Assembly: GCA_047602405.1 (NCBI GenBank)
Contig: JASGHJ010000002.1
Location: forward strand, 800,001-864,000
Direction: 5' to 3'
Source of the DNA: Anaeromyxobacteraceae bacterium
GTDB lineage: Bacteria; Myxococcota; Myxococcia; Myxococcales; Anaeromyxobacteraceae
Length of the DNA stretch: 64,000 nt
Positions within the stretch are counted from its first letter, which is position 1. Each line of letters starts with the position of its first letter. Under the pieces are notes generated by a model, which worked only from the letters and a program-made list of their open reading frames with translations, was not told the DNA's origin and did not search any database. Below, one piece after another: positions 42,036 to 52,641 of this stretch. Position numbers and translations under genes: made by a program.

Positions 42036-42934
42036 GGCGTCGTCACCGCGTCCAGGCAGAGGTCGCCCACCGGCGCCGCGGCGGTGAGCACGAGCGCGAC
42101 CTCGCGCGCCGGACCGGCGAGGCGCGCGGTGTCGACCCGGAACGGCGTCCAGCCCGCGGTCGCGAGCTCGGTGCCGCCGAGCGCCTCGCCGTCCACCACG
42201 ACCGAGATCCCGACCTGCCCGGCCGGGCCGCCCGCGACGCCGGCGTGGCCGCGCAGCCAGCGCCCGACCGGCGCGTCGCGGAACGCGAGCGCGAGCGGGG
42301 CGGGGAGCGGGCCCGCGGGGGAGATCGAGAGGCACGGGCGGGCGGCGCCGGCGACCTCGCGCAGGGTGCGCTCGACGCGGGGCCCGCCGGGGCCGCAGGA
42401 GAAGCCGGCCGCGGTGGGCGCGCAGGCCGCGTCCCCGAGCCTCACGGTCAGCGCGCCGGCGCGGTCGGGCAGGAACGCGAGCGGGAGCACGGGGTCGACG
42501 AGGTCGAGCCGCGCCACCGAGAGGCGCCCCAGCGCCACCCGCTGGCCCTCGACGGCGCGCGGCCCGACGAGCGCCTCGACCCGCGGGCGCGGGGCCGGGA
42601 CGCCGGAGAGCGAGACCACCCAGAGCCGCTTCACGCCGGGGAGGTCGCCGCCCGCCACCGCGGCCGCCGGCACCACCGGGACCGCCGCCGGGAGCACCTC
42701 GCGGGCGCGCTCGGCCCAGGCCGGCTCGACCGCCACCGCGTCGCCGGGGCGGGCGTCGCGCTCGAGGAGGGCGCGCGCGGCCGCCCACTCGAGCGCGGTC
42801 GGCAGCCGCCGCGCCGCGAGCACCGGCGCCGCGACCGACCAGGTCCCGGCGGCGACGAGCGCGAGCAGGAGGAGGATCGCGAGGGTCCGGGTGACCGGCG
42901 GACGGTCGATCCAGGCCTGGCGCAGGCCGTCCAT
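42032..42934 (-). CDS. Hypothetical membrane-anchored protein (start may be up to ~43066)
   Basis: Single TM then soluble domain; GTGA overlap with next gene. Confidence 0.6.
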   Translation of the reverse strand: MDGLRQAWIDRPPVTRTLAILLLLALVAAGTWSVAAPVLAARRLPTALEWAAARALLERDARPGDAVAVEPAWAERAREVLPAAVPVVPAAAVAGGDLPGVKRLWVVSLSGVPAPRPRVEALVGPRAVEGQRVALGRLSVARLDLVDPVLPLAFLPDRAGALTVRLGDAACAPTAAGFSCGPGGPRVERTLREVAGAARPCLSISPAGPLPAPLALAFRDAPVGRWLRGHAGVAGGPAGQVGISVVVDGEALGGTELATAGWTPFRVDTARLAGPAREVALVLTAAAPVGDLCLDAVTTP

Positions 42935-43073
42935 CGCCGCCTGCCGGCGGATGCGGGCGGTGTCGACGATGTCGCCGGTGATCTCGCGGACCGCGGCGTC
43001 GAGCAGCGTCTGCCGGCGGGGCTGCGGGCCGTCGTCCGCACCGGTCCTGTGCGGGTCCTCGCTCAGGGGCGTC

Positions 43074-43620
43074 TCAGGTCTTCGCGAGCCGGACCTCTCG
43101 CTCGCTCTTCTCGCGGCAGAACGTGCAGAGGTCCATCTCGGGGTTCGCAGGCAGGTTGGGCGACCACGAGGGGTGCATGGCGCACTTCGCGTCGTAGCAG
43201 TGGTGCAGGCCCCACAGGTGGCCGACCGCGTGGGTGGACTCGCGGGCGAGCCGGCGCCGCCGAGATCTCGACCGAGGCCTCGGTGACGCCGCGCGCCGGG
43301 AAGCGCGAGGTCGATACCACCGCGCGGTCGCCGCCGTAGAGCGCGAAGCCCCAGCACGGCGGCTCGCCGAGGGGGCCCGGCGCGAGCGCGAGCGGGGCGG
43401 TGGTGAGGTAGAGGACCTTGTCGTCGGCGAACGTCCGGACGCGCTCGACGTCCTCGAGGAGCGCGACCGCGTCGATGCGGCCGTCGCGCTTCGTCGCGTC
43501 GCGCGGCATCGAGCGCTGGCCCGCGAACTCGGTGCCTGCGCCGAAGGCCCGGTAGAGCTGCTTCACCAGGAAGGCGACGTCGCCCGGGTCGAAGTCGTCG
43601 AGGGTCGCGACGCGGATCAC
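43074..43620 (-). CDS. carG: Non-proteolytic archaemetzincin-like CarD partner (frameshift near 43262)
   Basis: HAVGHLWGLHHCYDAKCAM...CTFC lacking the catalytic Glu; coupled to carD. Confidence 0.82.
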
Positions 43621-44651
43621 TTCTTCCCCTTCTTGGCCGCCGGCTTCTTCGCCGCGGCGGGCTTCTTCTCGGCCTTCTTCGGCGCGGCCTTCTTCTCGGC
43701 GTGCTTCTCCGGCGCGTGCTTCTCCGCCCTGGCCGCGGGCTTCTTCTCGGGCGGGTGCTTCGCGGCGGGCTTCCTCTCCGGCGCGTGCTTCTCCGCCTTC
43801 GCCGCGGGCTTCGCCGGGACCTTCGCGCCCTTCTTCGGGGGCGGCGCCTCCTCCACGGCCGGCGCTTCCGCCTCGCCCTCCGCCGCCTCGCCGCCCTCGC
43901 CCTCCGCGGCGGCCTCTCCGCCCTCGCCCGCGGCGGCCTCGCCTCCGGCCTCCGCGCCGGCGGCGCCGAGCGCCGCGTCGAGATCGCCGCCGCCGAGGTC
44001 GATGCCGAGCTCGCCCAGCCCGAGGTCGTCGAGCCCTTCGCCCTCCTCCTCGGCGGCCGCCGCCGGGCGGCGCCGCTGCCGCGGGGGCAGCACGACCGGC
44101 TTCGGCGGGGGCTTGAGCTCGAACTTCGTGCCCGCGGGGGGCATCAGCGCGTAGTCGATGTAGTCCTCGGCGAGCCCGCCCGGCACGCCGAGCGACACCG
44201 CGACCTCGTTCACGAGCAGGTGGCGCGCGTTGTCGTACTGCTCGCGCTCCTTGGTCGGGAGCGGGCGGATGCGCGAGAGCGCGTGCAGCCCCTTCACGAC
44301 CTCGGCCACGCCGAGCACGCCGCCCGCGATGAGCCGGTCGGCGTTGTCGCGGTGGCGGATCTTCCAGTCGAGCTCGGGGTCGTCGAAGGTCGCCGCGAGG
44401 TAGTGGAAGACGCCCTCCATCTGCTCGCCGGAGGCGACGCGGCGCAGGCCGATGCTGGGCACCTTGTTGCGCGGCACCATGACCGTCGCGCCGTCCTCCT
44501 CGCGCTTCATCTTCACGAAGAGGAGCTTCTGGCCGGAGATGTCCTTCTCCTCCATGCCTTCGATGGCGCAGACGCCCTGGTTCGGGTAGACGACGCGGTC
44601 GCCCGCCTTGAGCTCGGCGGCGTCGGCGATCACGCCCTCGACGGGGAGCAT
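43617..44651 (-). CDS. carD: CarD-family regulator with acidic region and histone H1-like K/A/P tail
   Basis: GDRVVYPNQGVC, acidic linker, KPAAK repeats. Confidence 0.9.
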   Translation of the reverse strand: MLPVEGVIADAAELKAGDRVVYPNQGVCAIEGMEEKDISGQKLLFVKMKREEDGATVMVPRNKVPSIGLRRVASGEQMEGVFHYLAATFDDPELDWKIRHRDNADRLIAGGVLGVAEVVKGLHALSRIRPLPTKEREQYDNARHLLVNEVAVSLGVPGGLAEDYIDYALMPPAGTKFELKPPPKPVVLPPRQRRRPAAAAEEEGEGLDDLGLGELGIDLGGGDLDAALGAAGAEAGGEAAAGEGGEAAAEGEGGEAAEGEAEAPAVEEAPPPKKGAKVPAKPAAKAEKHAPERKPAAKHPPEKKPAARAEKHAPEKHAEKKAAPKKAEKKPAAAKKPAAKKGKK

Positions 44652-44738
44652 CGCGTCGCGGTTGTCGTCGGGATGACGGGGAGGGGGGCCTCGCACGGTC
44701 CATTGCTCCTACCACGCGATCCGTGGGGCATCAACGAC

Positions 44739-45578
44739 TCAGGGCACCCCCCGACGCCCTCTTCCGGGCTCCAGCCGGAACACCTCGGCGAGCCGGAACG
44801 GCGGGCGCGCCGCGCGCGGCTCCGCCCGCCGGAGCGCGGCGTAGATCGACCAGGTCCGCCGGATGGCCGTCCCCGCGGTCAGCGCCGCGAGCAGGGTGAG
44901 CGCGGCCGCCACGAGCGTCCGGTCCGCGCCGGGGCCGGCCCAGGCCGCGGCGAGCGGCGAGAGCGCGCACGCCACGCCGCAGAGCACGACCCGCTCCGGA
45001 CGTTGCATGCCCCCCACCCGGGCGGCGTCGCCCGCGCCGAGCGCCTCGCCGCGCGCGCGCGCGTACGAGACGAGGAGCGAGGCCCCGGCTGCGGCCAGGC
45101 AGGCGAGGAGCACCGGTCCGTCCCGGAAGGCGATCGCGAGGCCGCCGAGCACGCACAGCTCGCCCACCCGGTCGAGGGTCGAGTCGAGGAACGCCCCCGC
45201 CCGGCTCGCCTGCCCGCTCGCGCGGGCCACCCGCCCGTCGATGAAGTCGAGGCTCGAGGCGAGGAGGAAGATCCAGCCGCCCAGCGAGAGGCGCCCGGAG
45301 GCGAGGAGCGCCCCGGCGAGCGCGGTGAATGCCGTGCTCGCGAGCGTGATCGCGTCGGGGGTGATCCGCAGGGCGAGGCAGGCCCGCTCCACCGGGGTGA
45401 AGAGCCGAATCCACCACTCCTGGAAGAACTTCGAGAGGAAGCTCCGCGGCCGCTCCTCGATGTAGCGCTCGTGCGCGCGCCCGACGAGGAGCGTGCGAGC
45501 GCCGTACACCGCCATGGTCGAGAAGACGAACGCCAGGACGGCGGCGAGCGGGACCAGGGCGGGCAGGGCAGGGGCCAC
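44739..45578 (-). CDS. CDP-alcohol phosphatidyltransferase
   Basis: DFIDGRVAR...GAFLDSTLDR, SYARARGE. Confidence 0.92.
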   Translation of the reverse strand: MAPALPALVPLAAVLAFVFSTMAVYGARTLLVGRAHERYIEERPRSFLSKFFQEWWIRLFTPVERACLALRITPDAITLASTAFTALAGALLASGRLSLGGWIFLLASSLDFIDGRVARASGQASRAGAFLDSTLDRVGELCVLGGLAIAFRDGPVLLACLAAAGASLLVSYARARGEALGAGDAARVGGMQRPERVVLCGVACALSPLAAAWAGPGADRTLVAAALTLLAALTAGTAIRRTWSIYAALRRAEPRAARPPFRLAEVFRLEPGRGRRGVP

Positions 45579-45640
45579 GCCCTGATATGGACACTGCGTG
45601 CGGGTCGGGCAGCCGCAGCGGGCGAGCGGCCGACCGCCCG

Positions 45641-46006
45641 CTACCGGTGCCCGCCGAGGTCGGACTCGCCCGTCGCGCCGGCCGAGGCGCTCACGGTGAC
45701 CGCGGCGCTCCTCGTCGCGCCGGACGCGTCGGTCACGGTGACCGTGTCGGTGCCCGCGGTCGCGCCGGCGGTGTAGGCGCCCGTGGCGGGATCGATCGAG
45801 CCCCCCGAGCCGTTGCCGGTCAGCTCGTAGGAGTAGCCGCCCGCGCCGCCGGAGGCCTTGAAGGCCACCTGCCCCCCGGCGACGACGCTCGCGCCGGTGG
45901 GCGAGAGCGCGAGCGGGACCGGCTTGCCGGCCGCGGCCGGCAGGGCCAGGGAGAGGAGCGCGACGGCGGCGAGGACGCGGGCGGCGGCGGGCGCGAGGCG
46001 GCGCAT
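45641..46006 (-). CDS. Short secreted single Ig-like domain protein (possibly a truncated adhesin)
   Basis: Signal peptide, ASGGAGGYSY...TGAYTAG...DTVTVTD. Confidence 0.6.
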   Translation of the reverse strand: MRRLAPAAARVLAAVALLSLALPAAAGKPVPLALSPTGASVVAGGQVAFKASGGAGGYSYELTGNGSGGSIDPATGAYTAGATAGTDTVTVTDASGATRSAAVTVSASAGATGESDLGGHR

Positions 46007-46098
46007 GGCGAGACCCCCTGGTTCACGGAGCGTGTCACGAGGCGTGGAGCGGAGGCTCTAGGCGGACGGCCCGTCCGCCGCAACGTCGGGGCGGGTCC

Positions 46099-48060
46099 CT
46101 AGGGCGCGATATCGCCACGGACTGCCGCGAAGCGGGGATCCGCCCGCAGCGCGGCGGGGGTGACGAAGCCGTCCCGCTTCGCGAGCGCCTCGCGCAGCGC
46201 GTCGAGGGCGAGATCGGACCGCCCCGCGGCGAGCGCGGCGTCGGCCATGGCGATCCGCAGGTTCGCGCCCGAGAGCCCCTGGGTCCGTAGCAGGTCCCGG
46301 GCGACCCCGAGCTCCCGCAGGGCGTCCGCGCTCCAGCCCAGGCCGGCGTAGCAGCGCGCGAGCGTGACCCTCGGCCCCGGCTCCTCCGGCTCCGCGCGCA
46401 CGCGCCGCTCGAGGGCCGGACGCGCCGCCTCGAAGGCGCGACGGGCCTCGTCGCCCTGGCCCAGGGTGGCGTGCGCGAGCGCCACCACGAACGCGCGCGA
46501 CACGAACGGCGTCTCGGAGACGGGATCGGGGAGGTCGCCGCGGGCCGCGAGCGCGAGCGTGCGCTCCGGGAGCAGGACGAGGATCTCCGCCAGGTAGCGG
46601 GCCCCGTCGCCCATGGTCGGCCACTGGCGCGGCATCGCCGCGAGCGCGCGCGCGGCCGGCTCCAGGTCGCCGCCCTGCCAGTGGGGCACCAGCCCCGAGA
46701 GGGCCCCCGCGAACGCGTCGCCGGGCGCGAGCGCGAGGACGCGCCGCAGCTCGCCCTCGGCCTCCGTGAAGCGGCGCGCGCTGGCGAGGGCGAGGGCCCG
46801 GTACGCGCCGACCGCGTAGGAGTTCGGGTCGAGCGCGCGGGCGTGGTCGAGCTCCACGAGGCCGTCGTCCACCTGGCCCGCGTCGGACCGCAGGAAGCCG
46901 AGGTAGGTGCGGAGCTGGGCGTCGCCGGGCGCGGCGCGGACGGCGGCGGCGTAGGCCTCCACGCCGGCGAGCGTGTTCCGGCCGCAGTAGTACGCGAACG
47001 AGCCGCGCGCGGCGTGCGCCTCGGGGGCGCCGGGCGCGAGCTCGGCGGCGCGGTCGGCCTCCGCGCGGGCGCCGGGGCAGTCCCGCTTCCACTCCGAGAG
47101 CACCTGCGAGAGCTTCGCGTGGGCGAGCGCGAAGCCCGGGTCGCGCGCGAGGGCCTTGCGGAGCAGCTCCTCGGCGGTGCGGTTGTCCTCCTCGACGCCC
47201 ATCGACCGCTCCCAGAACGTGACGGCGCGCAGGTAGAGGTCGTGCGCCTCGCGGTCGGCGGTCGGCTCCTTCCCGACCTCCTGGCGCTCGGCGCCGGTGA
47301 TGCGCGCGCCCAGGGTCCCGGCGATGTCGAGCGCGACCTCCGTCTGGATCGCGAAGGTGTCGGCGAGGTCGCGATCGTAGCTCTGGGCCCACAGCGGCCG
47401 GCGGGTGGCGGCGTTCACGAGCTGGGCGGCGATCCGCACCCGGTTCCCGACGCGCTGGACCGTCCCCTCGAGCACGGTCGCGACCCCGAGCGCCACGGCG
47501 ATCGCGGGGAGGTCGCGCGCGCCCGGCGCGTACTGCTGCACCGAGCCGCGGGCGATCACCTTCAGGCCGGAGAGCCGGGCGAGCTGCGTGATGATCTCGC
47601 TGTGCACGCCCTCCGCGAAGTAGGCGTCCTCGGGGGAGGGGCTGAGGTTGCTGAACGGCAGCACCGCGACCGACCGGGCGTCCTGCGCCGGCCTCGCGGA
47701 GCGCGCCGCCACGAAGAAATGGAGCGCGACGCCGGGCAGCGCCGCGAGGACCCCGATGGCGACGACCGTGAGCGTGACCCGCGGGCCGCGGGCGAGCGCC
47801 TCGTCCTCCTCCGCTCCGGAGTCGGCGGTGCGCTCGATGCCCTTCGCGGTGATGTCGAAGACCCAGGCGAGCGCGGCCGCCACGGGGAACCCGAGCCCGA
47901 GGCCGATGACCGCCGCGGTGAGGACCCAGTCCGGCAGGTGGAGCCCGTTCTTCACGGGCTCGACGACCTGCAGGATCGCGAACGCGGCGATGCCGTAGCC
48001 CGCGAGCGCGCTGAAGACGCGGCGGCGGCGGAGCTCCCGGACGAGCGCGGAGAGGTTCAC
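46099..48060 (-). CDS. Membrane protein with TolB-N-like and TPR domains
   Basis: ELRRRRVF, three TMs, SVAVLPFSNLS...YFAEG, TPR repeats. Confidence 0.88.
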   Translation of the reverse strand: MNLSALVRELRRRRVFSALAGYGIAAFAILQVVEPVKNGLHLPDWVLTAAVIGLGLGFPVAAALAWVFDITAKGIERTADSGAEEDEALARGPRVTLTVVAIGVLAALPGVALHFFVAARSARPAQDARSVAVLPFSNLSPSPEDAYFAEGVHSEIITQLARLSGLKVIARGSVQQYAPGARDLPAIAVALGVATVLEGTVQRVGNRVRIAAQLVNAATRRPLWAQSYDRDLADTFAIQTEVALDIAGTLGARITGAERQEVGKEPTADREAHDLYLRAVTFWERSMGVEEDNRTAEELLRKALARDPGFALAHAKLSQVLSEWKRDCPGARAEADRAAELAPGAPEAHAARGSFAYYCGRNTLAGVEAYAAAVRAAPGDAQLRTYLGFLRSDAGQVDDGLVELDHARALDPNSYAVGAYRALALASARRFTEAEGELRRVLALAPGDAFAGALSGLVPHWQGGDLEPAARALAAMPRQWPTMGDGARYLAEILVLLPERTLALAARGDLPDPVSETPFVSRAFVVALAHATLGQGDEARRAFEAARPALERRVRAEPEEPGPRVTLARCYAGLGWSADALRELGVARDLLRTQGLSGANLRIAMADAALAAGRSDLALDALREALAKRDGFVTPAALRADPRFAAVRGDIAP

Positions 48061-48175
48061 GTGTGAGGGAGGCTAGCGGGCGGGCCCGCGCCCTGCCAGT
48101 AAGCCTGCCGACGGCGGCGCGCGCACCCGCCGCCTTGGTGCGGCCCTCGGCGGGGCGCCGCACGCTGCGTGAGCC

Positions 48176-49029
48176 CTACCGCTCGGGATCGAGCTGCGCC
48201 GCGCGCAGGCGGCGCGCCGCGAGGTCGACGTACTGCTCGTCGCGCTCGAGCCCGAGGAACCGGCAGCCGGACTGGACCGCGGCCACGCCGGTGGTCCCGG
48301 AGCCGGAGAACGGGTCGAGCACGAGGTCGCCCGGCGCCGCGCTCGCGGCGAGCACGCGATCGAGGAGCGCGAGCGGCTTCTGCGTCGGGTGGCGCCCGTG
48401 GACCTTCTCGCGCGGGCCGGGCGTGGGGAGCGACCAGACCACCTGCTCGCCCTCGGCCTCCGGCATCTGCCAGAGAATCGCGCATCTGCTTGCCGCCGTT
48501 CTCCTCCTTCATCCGCTTGTAGTTGAAGCGGTGGGCGAGGGGGCGGCTTCTTCGACGGGCTCGCCCAGAGGATGAGCTCGGTCGAGTGCGTGAACATGCG
48601 GCAGGCGAGGTTCGGGGAGGCGTTCGGCTTGTACCAGGTCACCGTGTTGAGGAGGTGGTAGCCGAGCTCCTGCATGGCGAAGCCGATGGAGAAGATGACG
48701 TGCTGGGTGCCGGACACCCAGATCGTGCCGGAGGGCTTCAGCACGCGGCGGACCGCCTCCAGCCACCGGGCCTGGAAGGCGTGGTCGGCCATGACGCCGT
48801 TCGAGGCGTCCCACTCGCCCTTGTCCACCCGGACGCGGCGCCCGCTCTGGCAGGTCGTGCCGCCGTTCGACAGGTGGTAAGGCGGGTCGGCGAACGCCAC
48901 GTCCACCGAGTGCGGCGGCAGCTTCTCGAGCGCCTCGAGGCAGTCCCCCTGCACGAGCGCCCACCCCTTGCCCCGCGCCGCGGTGTTCGGCAGCGCATCC
49001 CACGCCCTGAGATCCAACCGTCGCGCCAT
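48176..49029 (-). CDS. Orphan beta-class N6/N4 DNA methyltransferase, DpnA-like (frameshifts near 48540 and 48477)
   Basis: FADPPYHLSNGG...VDKGEWD, NGGKQM, HPTQKP, LDPFSGSGTT across three frames. Confidence 0.88.
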
Positions 49030-49198
49030 CGTCCGCCAACTCTATGGGCGATATCGATCGCGTCCATTTTTCGGCCGTTCGCTCGGCCCCGCGTCCCCTC
49101 TCTCCCGCCGCGCAGCGTCGGGAGAGGGTTCAGGGTGAGGGGGCGACCGGCCCACCCGTGACCGCGCCCGGGTTTCGCGCTAACTCAAGGGCCCGCCG

Positions 49199-50240
49199 AT
49201 GCCCGCCCTCACCGCCGCCTTCGTGAAGGACGCCGCCCGCCGGGCCGGCTTCCACCACGCCGGAGTAGCCCGGGCAGGCCCGCTCGACCCGCGCGCGCTC
49301 GACCGGATGCTCGCGGTGGGCGCCGAGGCGGACCTCGACTGGCTCCGCACGCAGCGGGAGGAGCGGCTGCGATCCTGCGCGGCTCTTGCCCGGCGTCCGG
49401 AGCGTCCTCGCCGTCGGGCTCGCGCACGGTCCCAACGGGCTCCCGGCGCCGCCCCCGGCCGGGCACGGCGAGGTGGCGCGCTACGCCCGCGGCCGCGACT
49501 ACCACGCGGTCATGAAGAAGAAGCTTCGCGCGCTGTGCGAGGTCCTCGAGCGCGAGGACCCCGGCGTGAGGACGTTCGCGTCCTCCGACATGGCCCCGGT
49601 CATGGAGAAGGTCTGGGCCGAGCGCGCGGGGCTCGGCTGGATCGGCAAGAACGCCTGCCTCATCACCGAGCAGCACGGGAGCTGGGTCGTGCTCGGCACC
49701 GTGCTCCTCGACCGCGACCTCGAGCCCGACGCCCCGCACCCGGAGCGCTGCGGCACCTGCGAGGCGTGCCTGCCGGCGTGCCCGACCGGCGCCATCCCGG
49801 AGCCCGGGTTCGTCGACGCGCGCCGCTGCATCTCCTACTGGACGATCGAGCGGCGTGGCGTGGTCCCGCCGGAGGCCGCGGCGGCGCACGGCCGCTGGGT
49901 GTTCGGCTGCGACGCGTGCCAGCTCGCCTGCCCCTGGAACCGCAGGCCCGACCCGGTCGGCGACCCCGACCTCGCCGCGCGCCCGGGCCAGGCGGCGCTC
50001 CCGCTCGACGCGCTGCTCGCGCTCGACGAGGCGGGCTTCCGCAAGCGCTACGAGGGCACGCCGCTCGCGCGGGCCCGGTACGACGGGCTGCTCCGGAACG
50101 CCCTGTTGCTCGCGGGCCGCGAGGGCGACGCCCGCCGGCTCCACGCGGTCTCGGCGCACCTCGCGAGCCCGCACGACGGCGTCCGGGCGGCGGCGCGCTG
50201 GGCGGCGGAGCGGCTCGCTTCGGGCGGCGATCCCGGCTAG
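49199..50240 (+). CDS. queG: tRNA epoxyqueuosine reductase (frameshift near 49370)
   Basis: ARYARGRDYH, GWIGKN, CGTCEACLPACPTGA, CISYWTIE, GCDACQLACPWN. Confidence 0.93.
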
Positions 50241-50253
50241 ATTCCGCGCCCCC

Positions 50254-51117
50254 GTGGCCGTCCACCTCGTCATGCTCTTGCACTCCGTCATCTCGGCGGG
50301 GACCTACCTCGCCGCGAAGCGCGCGCTCGACGAGCTGCCGCCGTGGGAGGTCGCGCTCGTGCGCTTCACGCTCGCCGGGCTCGTGTTCGGCGGGCTCCTC
50401 GTCGTGCGGCGGGCGCGCATCGCGCGGAAGGACCTCCCCGGCTTCCTCGCGCTCGGCTTCGTGGCGGTGCCGCTCAACCAGGGGTTCTTCCTCGCCGGGC
50501 TCTCGCTCTCGACGCCGGGCCACGCGGCGCTCCTCTACGCGCTCACCCCGATCTTCGTGTTCATCCTCGCGCACCTCCGGCTGGGCGAGCGGGTGAGCCT
50601 CGCGAAGCTCCTCGGCATCGGGGTCGCGTTCGCGGGCGTCGTCATCGTCCTGCTCGCCCGCGGCTCCGTCGCGTTCGGCGGCAACACGCGCCTCGTGATG
50701 GGCGACCTCCTCATGCTGCTCGCGGTCATCGCCTGGGCCATCTTCGCGGTCGCCGGCAAGGTCTACGCCGAGCGTTACGGCGCGGTCGTCTCGACCTCCA
50801 CCGCCATCGCGCTCGGCGCGCTCATGTACGTCCCGGTCGGCCTCTGGATGAGCGACTTCCACCGGCTCGCCGCCACCTCCGCCGCGGGCTGGGCGAGCCT
50901 CGCGTACCTCGTGTTCTTCACGAGCGTCGCCGCGTACCTCCTCTACTACTGGGCGCTCGCGCGGGCCGAGGCGAGCCGGGTCGCCATCTGGTCGAACCTG
51001 CAGCCGGTGCTCACCGCCGCCGCGGCGTGGGCCATCTACGGCGAGCGGCTCACGGGGCCGTTCCTCGCCGGCGGCGCGATGGTGCTCCTCGGCGTCGTGC
51101 TGACGGAGCGGGGCTGA
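50254..51117 (+). CDS. DMT/EamA family transporter
   Basis: About ten TM segments in two EamA halves, GER motifs. Confidence 0.9.
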   Translation: MAVHLVMLLHSVISAGTYLAAKRALDELPPWEVALVRFTLAGLVFGGLLVVRRARIARKDLPGFLALGFVAVPLNQGFFLAGLSLSTPGHAALLYALTPIFVFILAHLRLGERVSLAKLLGIGVAFAGVVIVLLARGSVAFGGNTRLVMGDLLMLLAVIAWAIFAVAGKVYAERYGAVVSTSTAIALGALMYVPVGLWMSDFHRLAATSAAGWASLAYLVFFTSVAAYLLYYWALARAEASRVAIWSNLQPVLTAAAAWAIYGERLTGPFLAGGAMVLLGVVLTERG

Positions 51118-51178
51118 GCCACCCGCCAGCCACGCGCGGCGCGAGCGTGCGCGCGTCCGCGGCGTTAAGCTCTCCCGC

Positions 51179-52085
51179 GTGAACGCGCAGGAGCTGTCGC
51201 TCGCCCGGACGAGCTGGGCCGTCGGACCCGTGGAGGCGCGCGCGCTCGTGCGCGCGACCGGCGCCGACGCCCGGGCCTACCTCAACCGGATGTCCACCCA
51301 GAAGCTCGACGCGCTCGCGCCGGGCGAGACCGCCTTCGCCGCGCTGCTCGATGCGAAGGGGCACCTCCTCGCCGACCTGCAGGTGCTCGGGCGCGAGGAC
51401 GGGCTGCTCCTCGAGCTCGAATCCCGCCGCCGCGGCGACCGCCATCCCGCACCTCGAGAGGTTCGTCATCGCCGACGACGTCACGTTCGAGGACGCGTCC
51501 GCCGCGCTCCGGGTGATCCCGGTGCTCGGCCCCGAGGCCGCCGCGAAGGTGGCGGACGTCGCCGGCGACCGCCTCGAGAGCCGCCGCCGGGGCCTCCCCG
51601 CCGTGGACCTCGTGGTACCCGCCGCCGAGGCGGAGCCCGTGCGCGCCGCGCTCGTCGCGCGTGGCGCCGCCGCGCTCGACGCGGACGCGCTGGAGCTGTT
51701 GCGCATCGAGGCCGGCCGTCCGCGCTGGGGCGCGGAGCTCGACGGGAGCCGGCTGCCGATGGAGGCGGGGCTCACGAAGGAGGCAATCTCCTTCTTCAAG
51801 GGCTGCTACGTCGGCCAGGAGGTCGTGATGCGCGCGACCGCCCGCGGCCGGCTGCAGAAGGGCCTCGTGGTGCTCGGCCTCCCGCCCGGCGCCGCCCCCG
51901 GCGCGAAGCTCACCGCGGCTGGCCAGGAGGTCGGCTGGGTGACGAGCGCCGCCGACGGGCCGGAGGGCCGGGTGGGGCTCGGGTACCTGCGCCGGGCCCA
52001 CTGGAACGTGGGCGAGCGGGTCGCCGTCGCGAGCGGGGGCGACGCCGAGGTGCGGCGGGTCGTCGTGGAGGAGCCGGAGCCGTAG
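51179..52085 (+). CDS. ygfZ: Folate-binding protein YgfZ (frameshift near 51420)
   Basis: GADARAYLN, KGCYVGQEVV signature. Confidence 0.9.
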
Positions 52086-52109
52086 GAGACGTTCCGGACG
52101 CCCCCGCAA

Positions 52110-52433
52110 GTGCCATCACCGGTGATGGCAGGGCGCCGTGAGGGCGCAAGCTGGAACCCCGGCGTCGTCCGCTGCCAGGGGCCGGCCGGCGATCGGCATT
52201 CACCATCGGTAACACTCGCCCTCATCGTCTTCGTCGTGTTCCTCGCGCCCTGGTGGAGCATGCTCCGGAAGGCGGGCCACAGCGGCGCGCTGGCGCTCCT
52301 GCTGTTCATCCCCTACGTGAACGTCGCGTTCGTCCTCTGGTTCGCGTTCGCCAAGTGGCCGGTGCAGCGCGAGCTGGAGGCGCTCAAGGCCGCACGTGCC
52401 GCGTCGACCGCCGCCCCTCGACAGACGGGGTGA
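52110..52433 (+). CDS. Small membrane protein (DUF805-like; start uncertain)
   Basis: RKAGHSG..ALLLFIPYVN....WFAFAKWP. Confidence 0.6.
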   Translation: MPSPVMAGRREGASWNPGVVRCQGPAGDRHSPSVTLALIVFVVFLAPWWSMLRKAGHSGALALLLFIPYVNVAFVLWFAFAKWPVQRELEALKAARAASTAAPRQTG

Positions 52434-52505
52434 ATCGGCAGGCCCCGACACGCGCGTCCGGATCTCTGCCGAATTCAAGTTCGGCAACGCTGCGTTCCGG
52501 CGGCC

Positions 52506-52556
52506 GCCCCTCGTCTCCGCCGCCGCCTTGGCGGCGGCTACGCTCGGGACGGGCGG
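52506..52556. repeat. Intergenic palindromic (REP-like) element
   Basis: GCCGCCGC-CTTG-GCGGCGGC hairpin between convergent genes. Confidence 0.4.
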
Positions 52557-52641
52557 ACGGAGACCACAAAAGGGCCGCGAAAGCGTCCTGAGACGACGCC
52601 GAGGGCCCGCGGACGAAGAGACTCCCGCCTTTCAGCGCCTC

